Assembly: GCA_964658305.1 (NCBI GenBank)
Contig: OZ210885.1
Location: 16,678,001-16,742,000, forward strand
DNA: 64,000 nucleotides
DNA from: Leptogorgia sarmentosa
Taxonomy: Eukaryota
Reading direction: 5' to 3'
The translations under genes and the position numbers were made by a program. Position 1 is the stretch's first letter. Each line of letters opens with the position of its first letter. The notes beneath the pieces are model-generated. The model made no database searches. It was not told where the DNA came from and was given only the letters and a program-made list of their open reading frames with translations. Below are positions 1 to 8,324 of the stretch, in pieces.

Positions 1-100
1 GAAAATACCGGTTCTCGTCTGATCACCAAAGTTAAGCCTAGGTGGGCAAAGTTAGTAGTTGGATGGGTGACCACCTGGGAATATTTTGTGTTGTAGACTT
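1..100 (+). rRNA. 5S rRNA: 5S rRNA gene, partial (nt 21-120; cut by the window edge), variant copy G48A/C78G/C104T
   Basis: The window opens at GAAAATACCG (nt 21 of the consensus) and runs to ...GTAGACTT. Confidence 0.9.
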
Positions 101-206
101 GCTTCATTTTATTGTATGTCTGTTTGTAAATAGGTTTGCTTTCAATTTCAACTTCAGGGTTTTGTTATTGTTACACGTTTAAAAAGTGTAACTTCCATCA
201 ACAAAT

Positions 207-326
207 GTCTAAGACCATACCAGTGGGAAAATACCGGTTCTCGTCTGATCACCGAAGTTAAGCCTAGGTGGACAAAGTTAGTAGTTGGATGGGTGACCAC
301 CTGGGAATACTTTGTGTTGTAGACTT
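207..326 (+). rRNA. 5S rRNA: First full-length 5S copy in the window (variant copy)
   Basis: GTCTAAGACC...GTAGACTT, 120 nt, with substitutions C6A, A19G, G66A and C78G relative to consensus. Confidence 0.88.
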
Positions 327-621
327 GCTTCATTTTATTGTATGTGTGTTTGTAAATAGGTTTGCTTGGAATTTCAACTTCAGGGTTTTGTTACTGTTAC
401 ACGTTTAAAAAGTGTAACTTCCATCAACAAATGTCTACGACCATACCAGTAGGAAAATACCGGTTCTCGTCTGATCACCAAAGTTAAGCCTAGGTGGGCA
501 AAGTTAGTAGTTGGATGGGTGACCACCTGGGAATATTTTGTGTTGTAGACTTGCTTCATTTTATTGTATGTCTGTTTGTAAATAGGTTTGCTTTCAATTT
601 CAACTTCAGGGTTTTGTTATT

Positions 622-644
622 GTTACACGTTTAAAAAGTGTAAC
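622..644 (+). promoter_or_regulatory. Upstream TATA-like element TTTAAAAA (-29..-22; 630-637) flanked by a 7-bp inverted repeat GTTACAC/GTGTAAC (representative unit)
   Basis: Read directly upstream of the gene start at 659. A TATA-like box near -25/-30 is known from many invertebrate 5S genes; function here is inferred. Confidence 0.55.
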
Positions 645-1561
645 TTCCATCAACAAATGTCTACGACCATACCACTGGGAAAATACCGGTTCTCGTCTGA
701 TCACCGAAGTTAAGCCTAGGTGGACAAAGTTAGTAGTTGGATGGGTGACCTCCTGGGAATACTTTGTGTTGTAGACTTGCTTCATTTTATTGTATGTGTG
801 TTTGTAAATAGGTTTGCTTGGAATTTCAACTTCAGGGTTTTGTTATTGTTACACGTTTAAAAAGTGTAACTTCCATCAACAAATGTCTACGACCATACCA
901 GTAGGAAAATACCGGTTCTCGTCTGATCACCGAAGTTAAGCCTAGGTGGGCAAAGTTAGTAGTTGGATGGGTGACCACCTGGGAATACTTTGTGTTGTAG
1001 ACTTGCTTCTTTTTATTGTATGTGTGCTTGTAAATAGGTTTGCTTTCAATTTCAACTTCAGGGTTTTGTTATTGTTACACGTTTAAAAAGTGTTACTTCC
1101 ATCAACAAATGTCTACGACCATACCTGTAGGAAAATACCGGTTCTCGTCTGATGACCGAATTTAAGCCTAGGTGGGCAAAGTTAGTACTTGGATGGGTGA
1201 CTACCTGGGAATACTTTGTGTTGTAGACTTGCTTCATTTTATTGTATGTGTGTTTGTAAATATAATTCCTTTCAATTTCAACTTCAGGGTTTTGTTATTG
1301 TTACACGTTTAAAAAGTGTTACTTCCATCGACAAATGTCTACGACCATACCAGTAGGAAAATACCGGTTCTCGTCTGATCACCAAAGTTAAGCCTAGGTG
1401 GGCAAGTTAGTACTTGGATGGGTGACCACCTGGGAATACTTTGTGTTGTAGACTTGCTTCATTTTAATGTATGTGTGTTTGTAAATAGGTTTGCTTTCAA
1501 TTTCAACTTCAGGGTTTTGTTATTGTTACACGTTTAAAAAGTGTTACTTCCATGAACAAAT

Positions 1562-1681
1562 GTCTACGACCATACCAGTAGGAAAATACCGGTTCTCGTC
1601 TGATCACCGAAGTTAAGCCTAGGTGGGGAAAGTTAGCACTTGGATGGGTGACCACCTGGGAATACTTTTTTTTGTAGACTT
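1562..1681 (+). pseudogene. 5S variant with an internal T8 run (premature Pol III terminator); family members also start at 9308, 13252, 17073, 17854, 25130, 29074, 32895 and 33676
   Basis: G108T and G110T give AATAC-TTTTTTTT-GTAGAC (1666-1673), linked to C67G and a long spacer. Confidence 0.7.
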
Positions 1682-3020
1682 GCTTCATTTTATTGTATGT
1701 GTGTTTGCAAATAGGTTTGCTTTCAATGTAAACTTCAGGGATTTTGTTATTGCTACATCTGGAAATACTTTGTATTGTTGTTTTGCTAAATGTTATTTAA
1801 TGCCTATTTGTAAATATACTTCCTTTCAATTTCAACTTCGGGGTTTTGTTATTGTTACACGATTAAAAAGTGTAACTTCCATCAACAAATGTGTACGACC
1901 GTACGAGTAGGAAAATACCGGTTCTCGTCTGATCACCGAAGTTAAGCCTAGGTGGGCACAGTTAGTAGTTGGATGGGTGACCACCTGGGAATACTTTGTG
2001 TTGTAGACTTGCTTCATTTTATTGTATGTGTGTTTGTAAAAAGGTTTGCTTTCAATTTCAACTTCAGGGTTTTGTTATTGTTACACGTTTAAAAAGTGTT
2101 ACTTCCATCAACAAATGTCTACGACCATACCAGTAGCAAAATACCGGTTCTCGTCTTATCACCGAAGTGAAGCCTAGATGGGCAAAGTTAGTACTTGGAT
2201 GGGTGACCACCTGGGAATACTTTGTGTTGTAGACTTGCTTCATTTTATTGTATGTGTGTTTCTGGATAGGTTTGCTTTCAATTTCAACTTCAGGGTTTTC
2301 TTATTGTTACACGTTTAAAAAGTGTAACTTCCATCAACAAATGTCTACGACCATACCAGTAGGAAAATACCGGTTCTCGTCTGATCACCGAAGTTAACCC
2401 TAGGTGGGCAAAGTTAGTAGTTGGATGGGTGACCACCTGGGAATACTTTGTGTTGTAGACTTGCTTCATTTTATTGTATGTGTGTTTGTAAATAGGTTTG
2501 CTTGGAATTTCAACTTCAGGGTTTTGTTATTGTTACACGTTTAAAAAGTGTAACTTCCATCAACAGATGTCTACGACCATACCTGTAGGAAAATACCGGT
2601 TCTCGTCTGATCACCGAAGTTAACCCTAGGTGGGCAAAGTTAGTAGTTGGATGGGTGACCACCTGGGAATACTTTGTGTTGTAGACTTGCTTCATTTTAT
2701 TGTATGTGTGTTTGTAAATAGGTTTGCTTTCAATTTCAACTTCAGAGTTTTGTTATTGTTACACGTTTAAAAAGTGTTACTTCCATCAACAAATGTCTAC
2801 GACCATACCAGTAGGAAAATACCGGTTCTCGTCTGATCACCGAAGTTCAGCCTAGGTGGGCACAGTTAGTACTTGTATGGGTGACTACCTGGGAATACTT
2901 TGTGTTGTAGACTTGCTTCATTTTATTGTATGTGTGTTTGTAAATAGGTTTGCTTTCAATTTCAACTTCAGGGTTTTGTTATTGTTACACGTTTAAAAAG
3001 TGTAACTTCCATCAACAAAT

Positions 3021-3140
3021 GTCTACGACCATACCAGTAGGAAAATACCGGTTCTCGTCTGATCACCGAAGTTAAGCCTAGGTGGGCAAAGTTAGTACTT
3101 GGATGGGTGACCACCTGGGAATACTTTGTGTTGTAGACTT
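3021..3140 (+). rRNA. 5S rRNA: 5S rRNA gene, representative copy identical to the array consensus (120 nt)
   Basis: The sequence GTCTACGACCATACCAGTAGGAAAATACCGGTTCTCGTCTGATCACCGAAGTTAAGCCTAGGTGGGCAAAGTTAGTACTTGGATGGGTGACCACCTGGGAATACTTTGTGTTGTAGACTT is colinear with metazoan 5S. Helix I (1-9/110-118), III (27-32/45-52), IV (78-86/91-98) and V (67-72/103-108) all pair. Conserved TCTCGTCTGATC, GTTAGTACTTGGATGGG and CTGGGAATAC motifs are present. Confidence 0.96.
3070..3117 (+). promoter_or_regulatory. RNA polymerase III type 1 internal control region: box A (3070-3084), intermediate element (3087-3092), box C (3100-3117); repeated in each unit
   Basis: AGTTAAGC at +50..57 and TGGATGGGTGACCACCTG at +80..97 match the established positions and sequence of the TFIIIA/TFIIIC-bound 5S ICR. 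Confidence 0.88.
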
Positions 3141-3146
3141 GCTTCA

Positions 3147-3150
3147 TTTT
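3147..3150 (+). terminator. Pol III oligo-dT terminator (T4 at +127..130; repeated in most units)
   Basis: First run of four or more T after the gene: ...GTAGACTT-GCTTCA-TTTT-ATT. Confidence 0.7.
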
Positions 3151-3214
3151 ATTGTATGTGTGTTTGTAAATAGGTTTGCTTTCAATGTAAACTTCAGGGA
3201 TTTTGTTATTGCTA

Positions 3215-3243
3215 CATCTGGAAATACTTTGTATTGTTGTTTT
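3215..3243 (+). pseudogene. Decayed 3' fragment of 5S (nt 92-120) inside the long spacer; present in all 329-bp units
   Basis: CATCTGGAAATACTTTGTATTGTTGTTTT aligns without gaps to CACCTGGGAATACTTTGTGTTGTAGACTT (23/29 identical), and the alignment continues into the downstream spacer (34/46). Confidence 0.85.
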
Positions 3244-6200
3244 GCTAAATGTTATTTAATGCCTATTTGTAAATATAATTCCTTTCAATTTCAACTTCAG
3301 GGTTTTGTTATTGTTACACGTTTAAAAAGTGTAACTTCCATCAACAAATGTCTACGACCGTACGAGTAGGAACATACCGGTTCTCGTCTGATCACCGAAG
3401 TTAAGCCTACGTGGGCAACGTTAGTACTTGGATGGGTGACTACCTGGGAATAATTTGTGTTGTAGACTTGCTTCATTTTATTGTATGTGTGTTTGTAAAT
3501 AGGTTTGCTTTCAATTTCAACTTCAGGGTTTTGTTATTGTTACACGTTTAAAAAGTGTTACTTCCATCAACAAATGTCTACGACCATACCAGTAGGAAAA
3601 TACCGGTTCTCGTCTGATCACCGAAGTTCAGCCTAGGTGGGCACAGTTAGTACTTGTATGGGTGACTACCTGGGAATACTTTGTGTTGTAGACTTGCTTC
3701 ATTTTATTGTATGTGTGTTTGTAAATAGGTTTGCTTTCAATTTCAACTTCAGGGTTTTGTTATTGTTACACGTTTAAAAAGTGTAACTTCCATCAACAAA
3801 TGTCTACGACCATACCAGTAGGAAAATACCGGTTCTCGTCTGATCACCGAAGTTAAGCCTAGGTGGGCAAAGTTAGTAGTTGGATGGGTGACCACCTGGG
3901 AATACTTTGTGTTGTAGACTTGCTTCTTTTTATTGTATGTGTGCTTGTAAATAGGTTTGCTTTCAATTTCAACTTCAGGGTTTTGTTATTGTTACACGTT
4001 TAAAAAGTGTTACTTCCATCAACAAATGTCTACGACCATACCAGTAGGAAAATACCGGTTCTCGTCTGATCACCGAAGTTAAGCCTAGGTGGGCAAAGTT
4101 AGTACTTGGATGGGTGACCACCTGGGAATACTTTGTGTTGTAGACTTGCTTCATTTTATTGTATGTGTGTTTGTAAATAGGTTTGCTTTCAATGTAAACT
4201 TCAGGGATTTTGTTATTGCTACATCTGGAAATACTTTGTATTGTTGTTTTGCTAAATGTTATCTAATGCCTATTTGTAAATATAATTCCTTTCAATTTCA
4301 ACTTCAGGGTTTTGTTATTGTTACACGTTTAAAAAGTGTTACTTCCATCAACAAATGTCTACGACCGTACGAGTAGGAAAATACCGGTTCTCGTCTGATC
4401 ACCGAAGTTAAGCCTAGGTGGGCAAAGTTAGTAGTTGGATGGGTGACCACCTGGTAATACTTTGTGTTGTAGACTTGCTTCATTTTATTGTATGTGTGTT
4501 TGTAAATAGGTTTGCTTTCAATTTCAACTTCAGGGTTTTGTTATTGTTACACGTTTAAAAAGTGTAACTTCCATCAACAAATGTCTACGACCATACCAGT
4601 AGGAAAATACCGGTTCTCGTCTGATCACCGAAGTTAAGCCTAGGTGGGCAAAGTTAGTACTTGGATGGGTGACCACCTGGGAATACTTTGTGTTGTAGAC
4701 TTGCTTCATTTTATTGTATGTGTGTTTGTAAATAGGTTTGCTTTCAATTTCAACTTCAGGGTTTTGTTATTATTACACGTTTAAAAAGTGTTACTTCCAT
4801 CAACAAATGTCTACGACCATACCAGTAGGAAAATACCGGTTCTCGTTTGATCACCGAAGTTAAGCCTACGTGGGCAAAGTTAGTACTTGGATGGGTGACT
4901 ACCTGGGAATACTTTGTGTTGTAGACTTGCTTCATTTTATTGTATGTGTGTTTGTAAATAGGTTTGCTTTCAATTGCAACTTCAGGGTTTTGTTATTGTT
5001 ACACGTTTAAAAAGTGTAACTTCCATCAACAAATGTCTACGACCATACCAGTAGGAAAATACCGGTTCTCGTCTGATCACCGAAGTTAAGCCTAGGTGGG
5101 CAAAGTTAGTACTTGGATGGGTGACCACCTGGGAATACTTTGTGTTGTAGACTTGCTTCATTTTATTGTATGTGTGTTTGTAAATAGGTTTGCTTTCAAT
5201 GTAAACTTCAGGGATTTTGTTATTGCTACATCTGGAAATACTTTGTATTGTTGTTTTGCTAAATGTTATTTAATGCCTATTTGTAAATATAATTCCTTTC
5301 AATTTCAACTTCAGGGTTTTGTTATTGTTACACGTTTAAAAAGTGTAACTTCCATCAACAATTGTCTACGACCATACCAGTAGGAAAATACCGGTTCTCG
5401 TCTGATCACCGAAGTTAAGCCTAGGTGGGCAAAGTTAGTACTTGGATGGGTGACTACCTGGGAATACTTTGTGTTGTAGACTTGCTTCATTTTATTGTAT
5501 GCGTGTTTGTAAATAGGTTTGCTTTCAATTTCAACTTCAGGGTTTTGTTATTGTTACACGTTGAAAAAGTGTAACTTCCATCAACAAATGTCTACGACCA
5601 TACCAGTAGGAAAATACCGGTTCTCGTCTGATCACCAAAGTTAAGCCTAGGTGGGCAAAGTTAGTAGTTGGATGGGTGACCACCTGGGAATATTTTGTGT
5701 TGTAGACTTGCTTCATTTTATTGTATGTCTGTTTGTAAATAGGTTTGCTTTCAATTTCAACTTCAGGGTTTTGTTATTGTTACACGTTTAAAAAGTGTAA
5801 CTTCCATCAACAAATGTCTACGACCATACCAGTGGGAAAATACCGGTTCTCGTCTGATCACCGAAGTTAAGCCTAGGTGGGCAAAGTTAGTAGTTGGATG
5901 GGTGACCACCTGGGAATACTTTGTGTTGTAGACTTGCTTCATTTTATTGTATGTGTGTTTGTAAATAGGTTTGCTTTCAATTGCAACTTCAGGGTTTTGT
6001 TATTGTTACACGTTTAAAAAGTGTAACTTCCATCAACAAATGTCTACGACCATACCAGTAGGAAAATACCGGTTCTCGTTTGATCACTGAAGTTAAGCCT
6101 ACGTGGGCAAAGTTAGTACTTGGATGGGTGACTACCTGGGAATACTTTGTGTTGTAGACTTGCTTCATTTTATTGTATGTGTGTTTGTAAATATAATTCC

Positions 6201-8324
6201 TTTCAATTTCAACTTCAGGGTTTTTTTATTGTTACACGTTTAAAAAGTGTAACTTCCATCAACAATTGTCTACGACCATACCAGTAGGAAAATACCGGTT
6301 CTCGTCTGATCACCGAAGTTAAGCCTAGGTGGGCAAAGTTAGTACTTGGATGGGTGACTACCTGGGAATACTTTGTGTTGTAGACTTGCTTCATTTTATT
6401 GTATGTGTGTTTGTAAATAGGTTTGCTTTCAATTTCAACTTCAGGGTTTTGTTATTGTTACACGTTTAAAAAGTGTAACTTCCATCAACAGATGTCTACG
6501 ACCATACCTGTAGGAAAATACCGGATCTCCTCTGATCACCGAAGTTAAGCCTAGGTGGGAAAAGTTAGTAGTTGTATGGGTGACCACCTGGGAATACTTT
6601 GTGTTGTAGACTTGCTTCATTTTATTGTATGTGTGTTTGTAAATAGGTTTGCTTTCAATTTCAACTTCAGGGTTTTGTTATTGTTACACGTTTAAAAAGT
6701 GTTACTTCCATCAACAAATGTCTACGACCATACCAGTAGGAAAATACCGGTCCTCGTCTGATCACCGAAGTTAAGCCTAGGTGGGCAAGGTTAGTAGTTG
6801 GATGGGTGACCACCTGGGAATATTTTGTGTTGTACACTTGCTTCATTTTATTGTATGTGTGTTTGTAAATAGGTTTGCTTTCAATTTCAACTTCAGGGTT
6901 TTGTTATTGTTACACGTTTAAAAAGTGTTACTTCCATCAACAAATGTCTACGACCATACCAGTAGCAAAATACCGGTTCTCGTCTGATCACCGAAGTGAA
7001 GCCTAGATGGGCAAAGTTAGTACTTGGATGGGTGACTACCTGGGAATACTTTGTGTTGTAGACTTGCTTCATTTTATTGTATGTGTGTTTCTAGATAGGT
7101 TTGCTTTCAATTTCAACTTCAGGGTTTTGTTATTGTTACACGTTTAAAAAGTGTAACTTCCATCAACAAATGTCTACGACCATACCAGTAGGAAAATACC
7201 GGTTCTCGTCTGATCACCGAAGTTAACCCTAGGTGGGCAAAGTTAGTAGTTGGATGGGTGACCACCTGGGAATACTTTGTGTTGTAGACTTGCTTCATTT
7301 TATTGTATGTGTGTTTGTAAATAGGTTTGCTTTCAATTTCAACTTCAGAGTTTTGTTATTGTTACACGTTTAAAAAGTGTTACTTCCATCAACAAATGTC
7401 TACGACCATACCAGTAGGAAAATACCGGTTCTCGTCTGATCACCGAAGTTCAGCCTAGGTGGGCACAGTTAGTACTTGTATGGGTGACTACCTGGGAATA
7501 CTTTGTGTTGTAGACTTGCTTCATTTTATTGTATGTGTGTTTGTAAATAGGTTTGCTTTCAATTTCAACTTCAGGGTTTTGTTATTGTTACACGTTTAAA
7601 AAGTGTAACTTCCATCAACAAATGTCTACGACCATACCAGTAGGAAAATACCGGTTCTCGTCTGATCACCGAAGTTAAGCCTAGGTGGGCAAAGTTAGTA
7701 CTTGGATGGGTGACCACCTGGGAATACTTTGTGTTGTAGACTTGCTTCATTTTATTGTATGTGTGTTTGTAAATAGGTTTGCTTTCAATGTAAACTTCAG
7801 GGATTTTGTTATTGCTACATCTGGAAATACTTTGTATTGTTGTTTTGCTAAATGTTATTTAATGCCTATTTGTAAATATAATTCCTTTCAATTTCAACTT
7901 CAGGGTTTTGTTATTGTTACACGTTTAAAAAGTGTAACTTCCATCAACAAATGTCTACGACCATACCAGTAGGAAAATACCGGTTCTCGTTTGATCACTG
8001 AAGTTAAGCCTACGTGGGCAAAGTTAGAACTTGGATGGGTGACTACCTGGGAATACTTTGTGTTGTAGACTTGCTTCATTTTATTGTATGTGTGTTTGTA
8101 AATATAATTCCTTTCAATTTCAACTTCAGGGTTTTGTTATTGTTACACGTTTAAAAAGTGTAACTTCCATCAACAATTGTCTACGACCATACCAGTAGGA
8201 AAATACCGGTTCTCGTCTGATCACCGAAGTTAAGCCTAGGTGGGCAAAGTTAGTACTTGGATGGGTGACTACCTGGGAATACTTTGTGTTGTAGACTTGC
8301 TTCATTTTATTGTATGCGTGTTTG

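Noticed and set aside
207..432. 226-bp period as evidence of nucleosome phasing or centromere function
   Set aside because: The length is compatible with that idea but also ordinary for a compact 5S unit; sequence alone cannot support it.
3187..3289. 103-bp insert as a MITE or other mobile element
   Set aside because: No terminal inverted repeats. The apparent flanking direct repeat (CTTTCAAT) is part of the internal duplication.
3141..3349. Linked spliced-leader RNA, U snRNA or tRNA in the spacer, as found in some invertebrate 5S repeats
   Set aside because: The spacers are short (106/209 bp), and I see no recognisable SL, snRNA or cloverleaf on either strand. The long-spacer insert is explained as a 5S/spacer relic. 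A covariance-model scan of both spacers would be the formal test.
3021..5363. 1,007-bp higher-order repeat suggested by ORFs at 3082, 4089 and 5096
   Set aside because: The spacing equals 329 + 3x226, but the intervening units carry different variants in each interval, so it is not a clean duplication.
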